NCBI GenBank assembly: GCA_947491825.1
Contig: CANLLM010000003.1
Span: 2,067 to 66,066, forward strand
Length of the DNA stretch: 64,000 nucleotides
From: Bacteroidota bacterium
GTDB taxonomy: Bacteria; Bacteroidota; Bacteroidia; UKL13-3
Direction: 5' to 3'
Part shown: positions 18,137 to 27,317 of the stretch, in pieces
Layout: every line of letters begins with the position of its first letter
How positions within the stretch are numbered: the stretch's first letter is position 1
Notes under the pieces: generated by a model
Databases searched by the model: none
The model's input: the letters and a program-made list of their open reading frames with translations, nothing else
Told to the model about the DNA's origin: nothing
Position numbers and translations under genes: made by a program

Positions 18137-18772
18137 TTATTGGGATAATTGTTTTTTCACCACAGCAGGAACACCTGCCACCATGGTAAAGTCAGGAACA
18201 TCTTCAGTAACTACTGCACCGGCAGCTACAATTACATTTTTTCCAATGGTAACTTTAGGTAAAATAGTTGCGTTAGCGCCTATTCTCGTATAATCACCAA
18301 TTGTAACCTTTCCAAGAATATTTGCTGCAGGAGATATTTCAACAAAATTACCAATTAAGCAATCATGTGTGATTATGGCATTATAATAAACAATACAACC
18401 CACTCCAAGATGGCAACTATTTGATAGAATTGCTTTCTGCAAAATATTGCAACCAATACCAATTTTTACATCATAAGAACCAATTTCTGCTAGAGGTGAA
18501 ATAGTCGTTTCTATCTTTCCACCGAGTTTTTCAAATCTATTCAGCATTTTATTCCTTAGAATTGGATTTCCTATTCCTATGGTAAATTGATTTCCATGAA
18601 CTTTGAAATATTGCCTTACCTCGTCTTCAGTTTTTAATAGATTAAATTGGGTAAATAATTTATCATTTGATGTGATTGTTTCATCGAAAAATACAAGATT
18701 ATCCGTTTCATTTTTAGCATGAAACGTTTCTAATAATTCTTTAGCAAAACCTCCTGCGCCAATAATTAGCAT
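18137..18772 (-). CDS. NeuD/PglD/WbpD-type sugar N-acetyltransferase (hexapeptide-repeat)
   Basis: 211 aa. N-terminal [15 protein letters not shown], then left-handed beta-helix repeats (IGxxCxIxxxAILS..., [13 protein letters not shown]..., [14 protein letters not shown]). Confidence 0.85.
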   Translation of the reverse strand: MLIIGAGGFAKELLETFHAKNETDNLVFFDETITSNDKLFTQFNLLKTEDEVRQYFKVHGNQFTIGIGNPILRNKMLNRFEKLGGKIETTISPLAEIGSYDVKIGIGCNILQKAILSNSCHLGVGCIVYYNAIITHDCLIGNFVEISPAANILGKVTIGDYTRIGANATILPKVTIGKNVIVAAGAVVTEDVPDFTMVAGVPAVVKKQLSQ

Positions 18773-19845
18773 AAATTATTATTAATAATTGAGACAATCT
18801 TATTCAATTCACTTTCAGTCAGGGTAGTATAGAGCGGAAGGCATAAAATACGGGCAGCAATATGCTCGCTAATAGGCATTACTTTTCCGTTGGAGTATGG
18901 CACTGTGTTTAAAGAAGGATAGAAATATCGTCTTGGAATGATGTTTTCTTTATTTAGAGCTGTTTGTACCTTTAATAACATGTCTTCTGATTTAAAAATA
19001 ACCGGGTAATAGCTATAGTTCCAATCAGTCCCTTCTCTTATTTTAAGAGTACTTATTAGTTTGAGATCTAAATGAGCATTGTAAAATTCACACACCCGTT
19101 TTCTTTCTTTAAATATTTCTTCTAAATAAGGAAAAACAGCTAAACCCATGGCTGCTTGCAACTCAGATATTTTACCATTTATTCCTAAGCCATGAAATGC
19201 AAGTGGACCATTATGACCAAAGTTGTGGCTGTAGTAGAGCTTATGGTGTAATTCATTATTCTTAGTAAACATGGCACCGCCCTCTCCGGTATGGAAAATT
19301 TTGGTAGCATGAAAACTACAAGTGCTTACATCACCATATTCGAAGATTGATTTATCCATATATTTAATCCCGAAAGCATGAGCCGCATCATAAATTACTT
19401 TAAGATTATGCTTCTTTGCAATTAACTCGATAGCTAATACATTACAAGGATTTCCGAATACATGAGTGGCCAATATTGCAGTAGTATTAGGTGTTATTGC
19501 ACTTTCAATTTTCGACTCATCAATGGTCCAATGGTCTTCATCAATATCTACAAAAACAGGCTTACAGTCTTCCCAAATAATGGCTGCCATAGTTGCTACG
19601 TAGCTAAACGGAGTTGTTATTATTTCACCTTTACCTCCTAAAATTTTTAAAGCTATCTGTAATGGAATTGTACCGTTATTGGTTATTATAATGTTAGGTA
19701 TAGCAAGATGTGCTTTTAATTTCTCTTCAAGTTCCAACACCAACTCGCCACGATTTGTTAGCCAACGGTTGTCCCAAATTCGTTGGATTTGAGATTGGTA
19801 TTCTTCAATAGGAGGAAAAAAAGTTTGGGTTACATTTATACTCAT
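18766..19845 (-). CDS. DegT/DnrJ/EryC1/StrS-family sugar aminotransferase
   Basis: 359 aa. PLP-lysine context [18 protein letters not shown]. 7-nt overlap with the acetyltransferase gene. Confidence 0.9.
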   Translation of the reverse strand: MSINVTQTFFPPIEEYQSQIQRIWDNRWLTNRGELVLELEEKLKAHLAIPNIIITNNGTIPLQIALKILGGKGEIITTPFSYVATMAAIIWEDCKPVFVDIDEDHWTIDESKIESAITPNTTAILATHVFGNPCNVLAIELIAKKHNLKVIYDAAHAFGIKYMDKSIFEYGDVSTCSFHATKIFHTGEGGAMFTKNNELHHKLYYSHNFGHNGPLAFHGLGINGKISELQAAMGLAVFPYLEEIFKERKRVCEFYNAHLDLKLISTLKIREGTDWNYSYYPVIFKSEDMLLKVQTALNKENIIPRRYFYPSLNTVPYSNGKVMPISEHIAARILCLPLYTTLTESELNKIVSIINNNLC

Positions 19846-19849
19846 TTGG

Positions 19850-21325
19850 TTAATGATGTGATTTTATTTTCAAAAATCTAAAAAACTCTTCTTTGGTATT
19901 TGGTAAAAATCTAGACAAAAGTAAGTAAAAAAGAGGTATACTAATTACTAAGCTAATTATAACCCTAGGTATATCGCCAAAATGCTTTGATAAAAAATAG
20001 TCGGCTGCCAGCAATGAAATAAAATAACACGCACTAATTAGTAACAACGGAATTTGATCAACCACCTGCTCATAAATTTTATAGCTTGAAGCCTTGCTAG
20101 AAAAATACATATTTAACAAAAGTGAAGCGATAGAAGATGCCAATATACCCCTTAGTATACCCGTAATTCCAAAGTTAATTCCAATTAAAACACCAACCAC
20201 CAAAATTACCTTTTTATAAATCTCAAGTTTCAAAAACTCACCTGCCTGACCTTTAGCCAGAATAATATTTATGTTAATGGCACTAATAGGATATATCATA
20301 CCAATGAGGGCAAAATACTTAATGTAATCTGCAAGGCCAATCCATTTTTCATTAAATAAAACCTGAACAATTGGTTCAGCAAAAATGTATACAGTAACCA
20401 TAACAGGTATAATAACAACATTAACAACGCTAATAACCTTTTTGTATGTAATTTTCATTAACTGATCGTTATCCTGCAAATTAGACAGTACAGGAAATAA
20501 GACCCTAACAAATGCACTCGAAAAATTTGCGACTGGGGTATTAACAAGCATCTGTGCGTAACTGTATATACCCACTACTGAGGAGGAGAAGTAACGACCT
20601 ATAATTAGCACATCAATGCTACTGAAAACCGTATTTAAAATAGAGGATAAAAAAACTTTGAAGCCAAATCGTAACATTTCTTTAATACTACGAATATTAA
20701 AACTGAATAATGGCCTCCATTTATTAAAAAACCACGTTAAGGCAACAGTGAGGTTAACATTAATTATTTGCTGTGACACAAGTGCCCACACGCCAAAACC
20801 AGAAAAAGCCATATAAATTGAAACGCAAGAAGAGATGATGGTTGCAATTGTACTATACAATTCAATAGCTTTAAAATTTAACGATTTAGCTAAAAGGGCA
20901 TTGTGAGTTATAATAAATGAGCTTGTAATAAAGTTAATAGATAAAACTTTGATTATTAAACTTAGCTCTTCTTTGTGGTAAAAGTCTGCTATAAAAGAAG
21001 AAATTGAGAATAAAACAATCGCGGCAAAAACACCCAATATTACATTCACCCAAAATACGGACGAAAGTTCTTCTTCACTCACTTCATTTTTTTGAATGAT
21101 ACTGGCCACCAAACCCAATTCACTCACCACATTAAAAATAGTAATAAACACAGTAACCATGCCAACCAGTCCAAATTCACTTGGGGCAATAACTTTAGCT
21201 AATAAAATATTTACACCAAACCTTAAAAAAAGCTTTGTAAATTGGCCAATTAAAGCCCACTTAGTTGCACTTCCTATACTATTTGCCAATGTTAGATGAT
21301 TCCTTCTGATTGGAACGGATAACAA
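19850..21325 (-). CDS. wzx: MOP-superfamily polysaccharide flippase (Wzx-like), copy 2
   Basis: 491 aa and polytopic. N-terminal ...ATKWALIGQFTKLFLRFGVNILLAKVIAPSEFGLVG is typical of Wzx/lipopolysaccharide biosynthesis proteins. The start overlaps the upstream Wzz ORF by 47 nt. Confidence 0.8.
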   Translation of the reverse strand: MLSVPIRRNHLTLANSIGSATKWALIGQFTKLFLRFGVNILLAKVIAPSEFGLVGMVTVFITIFNVVSELGLVASIIQKNEVSEEELSSVFWVNVILGVFAAIVLFSISSFIADFYHKEELSLIIKVLSINFITSSFIITHNALLAKSLNFKAIELYSTIATIISSCVSIYMAFSGFGVWALVSQQIINVNLTVALTWFFNKWRPLFSFNIRSIKEMLRFGFKVFLSSILNTVFSSIDVLIIGRYFSSSVVGIYSYAQMLVNTPVANFSSAFVRVLFPVLSNLQDNDQLMKITYKKVISVVNVVIIPVMVTVYIFAEPIVQVLFNEKWIGLADYIKYFALIGMIYPISAININIILAKGQAGEFLKLEIYKKVILVVGVLIGINFGITGILRGILASSIASLLLNMYFSSKASSYKIYEQVVDQIPLLLISACYFISLLAADYFLSKHFGDIPRVIISLVISIPLFYLLLSRFLPNTKEEFFRFLKIKSHH

Positions 21326-22352
21326 TATAAAATGATGTGAATAGCCCTAATAGGAGTGCCCCAAAAATTGCAGATTTTAAACGAGATAGCTTTTTTTTCT
21401 CTAACGGGATTGTAGGCGAATCAATTAAAGTTAAACTCGGAGTCTGACTTTCTAGTGTAAACTTGGCAATCTCTAGATTTTTCAATACCTCCGCATACAT
21501 TATATTCAATATCTCAACTTCTTTCCTGATACGTTCTCCCATGACCCTCATTTGCATTTTAACAGGATTTATATTCCTATCTAAAAACATTGCTCCATCT
21601 CCTTCTCTTCCCTCTAGAACCATTTTTAATGAGTCGGCCCTATGCCTTATTAGTGAATAATTCTTTGATTGACGCTGTACTGTTTTATTTATGTAATAAC
21701 TACTTAACTCATCATAAAGTGAATGAATAAAATGATAAGACAAGTCTTCTGAAATACTTTTAAATTCAAACAATATTATTCCAGCACTTTGTGCCACCAA
21801 CCCTGATTTCTTTTTTGATATGATAATAAGGTTTTTCCCTTCAACAATGTTTCCAATAATTTTGTCTATAACCTTGTTTTCTTGATAGTTTAAATCCCCA
21901 TTTTTACTATTCTTAACATATGAAAATCCAATTAAAGCAGTGTCGGCAGAAAAACCGTCCTTCATTTCATAAATATCAATGTAATGATTTACCAGAAGAT
22001 CTTCTCGACCGTTTAATACCGCTTTATTTAATAATGTGCTTGATAAAATAAACCGGCTATTGGCCATAAACAATATTTTATCATCACTAGCTCCACCTGA
22101 ACCCCCTCCTATTCCTGCTAATCCGGCCAATGAAGACAGAGAACTGGGTATTCCTACTTCATTTTCATTAATCATAAAACTTAGGCGACCAAAATAAGTT
22201 GGAGACTGGAGAGAAGCATACGAAAACCCTAAAATACCTCCAAGTAAACCAAGTGAAAATAATAACTTCCATTTAGCAAGCAGCTTCATTATTAATGACT
22301 TTAATAATAAGGCAACTTCAGATAAACTTAATTCTTGGCTATTTGAATTCAT
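21279..22352 (-). CDS. Wzz-type chain-length determinant protein (no kinase domain)
   Basis: 357 aa. N-terminal TM plus Wzz motif region (LLFSLGLLGGILGFSYASLQSPTYFGRLSFMI), a long periplasmic coiled region and a C-terminal TM (AIFGALLLGLFTSFYIVI). No Walker A/tyrosine-rich tail. Confidence 0.7.
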   Translation of the reverse strand: MNSNSQELSLSEVALLLKSLIMKLLAKWKLLFSLGLLGGILGFSYASLQSPTYFGRLSFMINENEVGIPSSLSSLAGLAGIGGGSGGASDDKILFMANSRFILSSTLLNKAVLNGREDLLVNHYIDIYEMKDGFSADTALIGFSYVKNSKNGDLNYQENKVIDKIIGNIVEGKNLIIISKKKSGLVAQSAGIILFEFKSISEDLSYHFIHSLYDELSSYYINKTVQRQSKNYSLIRHRADSLKMVLEGREGDGAMFLDRNINPVKMQMRVMGERIRKEVEILNIMYAEVLKNLEIAKFTLESQTPSLTLIDSPTIPLEKKKLSRLKSAIFGALLLGLFTSFYIVIRSNQKESSNIGK

Positions 22353-22403
22353 TTTAATTCACTTTTCAGTTATATAATCTACTTCTAATGCTTTCTATAT
22401 TAT

Positions 22404-24842
22404 TTACTTCAACAAGGATATAACAATTACCGCCAATGTTGTTAAACTGGCTGTCATACTCACAATTTCAACTGCAGTTAACTTTTTGCGCTCTTCCTTA
22501 GCAGGAATAATAATTTCCGATCCTGGTAATACTTTTGGATAGCATTTGAACACCAAAAAGTTTTTCGTTGATTTGGCCGATCCGTTTGCATATACCACAT
22601 AACTCCTTGTTTTTAAGGCACTTTGAGTAAATCCTCCTGAACCCTGAATGTAGCTTCTAAAACTTTTAAAGTTTTGGTAAGGTATGCGCACAGGATATAA
22701 AACCTCACCACCAACTTTAACAGTTTGTTTGGTATTGGGTACATTTATCAAATCTCCATCTTCAAGCAATAAATCTGCTTTTCCACCTGGCTTAGATAGA
22801 ATTTTAGTCAGGTTTATTCCCACAATTGATGTGAGGTTTCCCACTTCGTTTTCTATTATTTCTTGGAGCCTGCTTGTATCCTTTGTTTGTTTTACCAAGG
22901 CATCTATTTTTTGCGCTCTAATTATTTTGTCGGCCTCTGTCAACTTTCTTGTTCTAATCAGAACGGCACCGTCTGTAAAAGCAAATTGGGTTGTTCCACC
23001 ACAACGTTTAATTAAGTCAGAGATTCTTTCAGCTTTGCTCGAAATAGTATATTGCCCGGGATAATTAACCTCTCCTTCAATCAGAATATTTTTTTGCTGC
23101 GAGTAACCTGGAATCGCATAAATAGTAATGATATCGTATGGCATTAAATACACCTCTTGGTTAGTTTTCAGATCATCACTAACCTCATAAGTAATAATTT
23201 TAGCCGCATTGGTTTCAACAGTGGTTCCATCGGTTTTGAACCTACGTGCAATTTCGATTTTTTTTCTAGATGCATTTTCCTTTAGCCCACCTGCTGCAAT
23301 AATCAAATCTTCTACTCGAGCTTTTTCTGCAAAGGGATATTTACCCGGTTTAAGTACTTCTCCCAAAATAGAAATAATATACTCTTCCCTGAGTGCCAAT
23401 TTCGAATTGATCTCAATTAAATCCTCCCGTTTTAATGTTATATCATTCTTCCCGTTTAAAGCCTCAATTACATCAAAGCTAATTACTTCTGAACTATTAT
23501 CAGCCTTTAATCGGTATATAATTGCTCTTGAAGTGAAGGCATCTTCTTTTAATCCGTCAGCCTTTTTAATCAATTTAGAAAGTGTTAAACCATCTTCTAT
23601 TGCATAGATTCCGGGGCGAAAAACAGCTCCTTTAATTTCTACACGGTTCTCATATCTGTCAATGATTTTTCCGATATCAAAAATATCCCCAGATTTAGGA
23701 TTAAACATCCCAAACATGTCGTTAGGGACATCAGCAACACTGCGTTCTTTATTGGTATTTCTCGTTACCTTAATCCTATCTTTATAAGCTACATCACTAA
23801 ACCCACCAGCAAATCCAATTACATCTTTTAGTGTTTCATTTTGGGTTACTTCGTAATAAGCAGGTCGTTTAACCTCTCCTTTTAATTCAACCCTATTCTC
23901 ATATGAACCCACTTTTATGATATCCTGATCCATTAAACGGATATTTCCTTTAATTTCAGCTTTCACTAAAAACTCATAAACATCAACAACGGCAACAGTT
24001 CTTCCTCCTCTTATTACTTTAATATTCCTAAAAGATCCATTTTTATTTGGTCCACCACTAGCATATAGCCCATTAAACACAGTCGCTAATGAAGGCAAAG
24101 TATAGGTCCCCGGCATATTTACCTCGCCCAAAATATTTACTTTAATACTTCTTATTGACCCTAGCGTTATACTAACGGATGTATTGCCACTTGCAATACC
24201 TGAATATATAGTGCTTAATTGACTGGTTATTTTTCTCCTGGCTTGTTCTATTGGCAAGCCCGATACCTGAACTGGGCCTATTAATGGTATTCTTATGTAG
24301 CCTTCTGGAGTAACTTTTAAACGGTGAGTAACTTCACTGTAACCATAAACATCAACAATCAATTCATCATCTGGACCTAGTTGATAATTTAGTGGAGTAG
24401 CAATTTTCAAGTTGGGTTCAAATGTTAAGTTCTTATTGCTAAACAACTCTGCACCAAAAACTTTTTTCTCTAATACTTGAAATAGATTTTCACTTTTATC
24501 AGTTACTTTTTCTCCATCCTCACTGTAATTTCTATCAAGATTTTGCGACACACTAACACTTGTAATGCCTAACTTCGACTCAATTTTTTCAATGCGCAAT
24601 TTTAGTTTTTGAACTTCGCCAGCAGGCATCTTTCGCTGCATGGCAATTTGCTCAACCTGATTAATACTGTATCCTGACGTTTTAAACTCAGCCATAAATT
24701 GCCTAATTTGATCATCACTCAACTCATCAACCTTTACTTCCGATATATTTTGCATGGAAATGTTTTTTTGCTGAGCAGAAGCATCAAACAAAATTACTGA
24801 TAGACAAAAAAACAGGATTAGACTTAATGTTGTTTTATTCAT
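22404..24842 (-). CDS. wza: Outer-membrane polysaccharide export protein (Wza/BexD family with multiple SLBB domains)
   Basis: 812 aa with a signal peptide. Poly_export-like YQLGPDDELIVDVYG, then repeated SLBB-like modules (V.V.GEV..PG.Y....). C-terminal TM helix. Confidence 0.85.
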   Translation of the reverse strand: MNKTTLSLILFFCLSVILFDASAQQKNISMQNISEVKVDELSDDQIRQFMAEFKTSGYSINQVEQIAMQRKMPAGEVQKLKLRIEKIESKLGITSVSVSQNLDRNYSEDGEKVTDKSENLFQVLEKKVFGAELFSNKNLTFEPNLKIATPLNYQLGPDDELIVDVYGYSEVTHRLKVTPEGYIRIPLIGPVQVSGLPIEQARRKITSQLSTIYSGIASGNTSVSITLGSIRSIKVNILGEVNMPGTYTLPSLATVFNGLYASGGPNKNGSFRNIKVIRGGRTVAVVDVYEFLVKAEIKGNIRLMDQDIIKVGSYENRVELKGEVKRPAYYEVTQNETLKDVIGFAGGFSDVAYKDRIKVTRNTNKERSVADVPNDMFGMFNPKSGDIFDIGKIIDRYENRVEIKGAVFRPGIYAIEDGLTLSKLIKKADGLKEDAFTSRAIIYRLKADNSSEVISFDVIEALNGKNDITLKREDLIEINSKLALREEYIISILGEVLKPGKYPFAEKARVEDLIIAAGGLKENASRKKIEIARRFKTDGTTVETNAAKIITYEVSDDLKTNQEVYLMPYDIITIYAIPGYSQQKNILIEGEVNYPGQYTISSKAERISDLIKRCGGTTQFAFTDGAVLIRTRKLTEADKIIRAQKIDALVKQTKDTSRLQEIIENEVGNLTSIVGINLTKILSKPGGKADLLLEDGDLINVPNTKQTVKVGGEVLYPVRIPYQNFKSFRSYIQGSGGFTQSALKTRSYVVYANGSAKSTKNFLVFKCYPKVLPGSEIIIPAKEERKKLTAVEIVSMTASLTTLAVIVISLLK

Positions 24843-24862
24843 ATACTATGGTGCAATACCCG

Positions 24863-24870
24863 CAAAAATA
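24863..24870 (-). promoter_or_regulatory. Candidate -7 promoter box for the wza-led operon (minus strand TATTTTTG)
   Basis: The reverse complement of caaaaata matches TAnnTTTG, 20 nt upstream of ATG 24842. Confidence 0.4.
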
Positions 24871-24917
24871 ATATTTAATAAACGCTAAACAAGTGCTTTA
24901 GCTTATGCATACCAATA

Positions 24918-27278
24918 TTGAACAGAACCTTTTTTATTTGTGAGAGTCTTATTAAAATTAGTATTCTTGTAAAAATTATAGATTATACATCAAAAGTGAT
25001 AAAACATATTTACACATTGGCAGCAATTTGCCTATTAACAATTACCTCAGCACTAGCACAAACTGGTGAAGTAAGGGGTTTTGTATTCGATAAAAAAACT
25101 GGTGAACCCTTGATATTTACCACAGTGTTTATTCAGGAGTTAATGACGGGAAAACAAACAGACATTAATGGTTTTTATGCATTAAGTAAAATAGAAGAAG
25201 GTACTTACACTATTAAATGCGCAGTAATAGGCTACGATATGGCTGTTGCAAAAATTACTATTACAGCAGGGAAAATTACCACTCAAAATCTTTATGCGAT
25301 ACCTGCTGCGTTACAAATGGAAGAAGCTACCATTGTTGGTGACAGACAAAAAGCGCGGAATGATGTCAAAATATCTGTAAATACAATTACACAAAAAGAG
25401 TTAAAACAATTACCTGCATTTGGAGGTGAACCTGATCTGGCACAGTATCTTCAAGTACTTCCAGGTGTTGTTTTTAGTGGTGACCAAGGCGGACAGCTTT
25501 ATATTAGAGGAGGAACGCCAGTGCATAATAAGGTACTTTTAGATGGCATGATTATATATAATCCATTCCACTCAATAGGTCTGTTTAGTGTATTTGATGC
25601 AGATGTAATTAGAAGTGCTGATGTATATGCTGGTGGATTTGGTGCACAATATGGCGGAAGAATAGGTGCTATTATTGATGTAAATACGCGTGAAGGAAAC
25701 AAAACCCGCTTTGGAGGCAAGGTGTCTGCAAGTCCTATAAGTTCTAAAATATTATTTGAAGGACCTATTAGCAAATTTACGGAAGGGGGTGCTTCAGCAT
25801 CATACATTATTTCATACAAAAACTCTTACCTGAATAAAACAGCGCCTTTACTATATAGCTATGCAGGCCTTGACGGTTTACCATTTAGCTTCAGCGATTT
25901 GTACGCGAAGGCCAGTTTCATTAGTTCAAGCGGATCTAAGATTAACTTGTTTGGTTTCGACTTCAGAGACAAAGTAGATTATCCGCAAACACAATACAAT
26001 TGGAAATCAAGTGGTGGTGGAGCTAATTTTTACATCATACCCGAAGGCTCCACTGTAATTAATGGCGCAGTTGGATATTCTCAATATAAAATGAACCAAA
26101 CTGAGGCTGATGGAAAACCTCGTGAAAGTAGTATTAATGGTTTTAATATCAATGTTAACTTCAGCTACTTTATTGGCAAAGACGATGTTAAATACGGAAT
26201 AGAGATGAACGGTTTTAGCACGGATTATAATTATACCAACTTATATGGCAGACAACTAAAGCAAGAAGAGTTTACAACAGAGTTAAGCGGTTATATTCGC
26301 TACAAAAAAAACTGGGGCAGATTGGTACTTGAGCCCGGACTGCGCGTTCAAAACTATGCTTCACTTTCTGAGTCTACTGCCGAACCTAGATTGGCTGCAA
26401 AATATAATGTTACAGAAAAAATAAGACTAAAAGCTGCTGGAGGATTTTACACACAAAATTTAATTGCAGCAGTTAACGACCAAGATGTAGTGAATTTATT
26501 CTACGGTTTCTTATCAGGGCCTGAAAACTTACCCCGTAAGTTTAATGGACAAAATGTAAATAGCGCTTTACAAAGAGCTTGGCATTATGGTGCAGGTATT
26601 GAGTTGGATTTAGGCCAACACCAAGAAATTAATATTGAAGGTTTTTATAAAGATTTTACTCAGTTAACAAACATTAACAGAGATAAACTTTACGATGAGA
26701 ACGACCTTACCAAACCAGAATACCAACGTAATGATTTTGCCATTGAAATTGGAAGTTCTTACGGTATGGATTTTAAATATAAATACGAATTTAAGAAATT
26801 GTATTTGTGGGCTGTTTACAGTTTAACTTATGTTGAACGTTTTGATGGTAAACGAACTTACTCTCCACATTTTGACAGACGACACAATGTTAACATTGTA
26901 GCCACATATAGCTTTGATAAAAAACGTTCTTGGAATTTGAACACGCGTTGGAATTTTGGTTCAGGATTTCCATTTACACAAACACAAGGATTTTATGAAA
27001 AGTTAAATACAGGAGCCACTGGCAATCCTTTAACGCAAAATGGAAATATTGGTGTGTATTATACAGACATTAACAATGGTCGTTTACCAAGTTTCCACCG
27101 CATGGATGTGTCACTGTCTAAAAAACTGACTCTCCAGAAAAATCAAACTATGACATTTACAGCGGCTGCTACCAACGTCTACAACCGCGATAACATTTTC
27201 TATTTCGACAGAGCTCGCTTTACACGGATCAATCAGTTGCCTATTATTCCCACTGTGGGGATAAATTATTCCTTCTAA
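24918..27278 (+). CDS. TonB-dependent receptor-like outer-membrane protein with N-terminal CarboxypepD_reg domain
   Basis: 786 aa. GEVRGFVFDKKTGEPLIFTTVFI... (carboxypeptidase-regulatory-like fold), a plug-like block (LPGVVFSGDQGGQLYIRGGTP..NKVLLDGMIIYNP) and a C-terminal ...GINYSF beta-signal. The track start is TTG 24918; in-frame GTG 24996 gives a clean signal peptide, (M)IKHIYTLAAICLLTITSALAQ. Confidence 0.8.
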   Translation: MNRTFFICESLIKISILVKIIDYTSKVIKHIYTLAAICLLTITSALAQTGEVRGFVFDKKTGEPLIFTTVFIQELMTGKQTDINGFYALSKIEEGTYTIKCAVIGYDMAVAKITITAGKITTQNLYAIPAALQMEEATIVGDRQKARNDVKISVNTITQKELKQLPAFGGEPDLAQYLQVLPGVVFSGDQGGQLYIRGGTPVHNKVLLDGMIIYNPFHSIGLFSVFDADVIRSADVYAGGFGAQYGGRIGAIIDVNTREGNKTRFGGKVSASPISSKILFEGPISKFTEGGASASYIISYKNSYLNKTAPLLYSYAGLDGLPFSFSDLYAKASFISSSGSKINLFGFDFRDKVDYPQTQYNWKSSGGGANFYIIPEGSTVINGAVGYSQYKMNQTEADGKPRESSINGFNINVNFSYFIGKDDVKYGIEMNGFSTDYNYTNLYGRQLKQEEFTTELSGYIRYKKNWGRLVLEPGLRVQNYASLSESTAEPRLAAKYNVTEKIRLKAAGGFYTQNLIAAVNDQDVVNLFYGFLSGPENLPRKFNGQNVNSALQRAWHYGAGIELDLGQHQEINIEGFYKDFTQLTNINRDKLYDENDLTKPEYQRNDFAIEIGSSYGMDFKYKYEFKKLYLWAVYSLTYVERFDGKRTYSPHFDRRHNVNIVATYSFDKKRSWNLNTRWNFGSGFPFTQTQGFYEKLNTGATGNPLTQNGNIGVYYTDINNGRLPSFHRMDVSLSKKLTLQKNQTMTFTAAATNVYNRDNIFYFDRARFTRINQLPIIPTVGINYSF

Positions 27279-27317
27279 AATTGGTATAGCTTTTAGATTC
27301 GGTGGCGTTAATCATAT

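Noticed and set aside
21279-21325. Programmed frameshift or fusion between Wzz and the flippase
   Set aside because: Both ORFs are complete with their own N-terminal features. There is no slippery heptamer or downstream structure. An overlap or non-ATG start is the simpler explanation.
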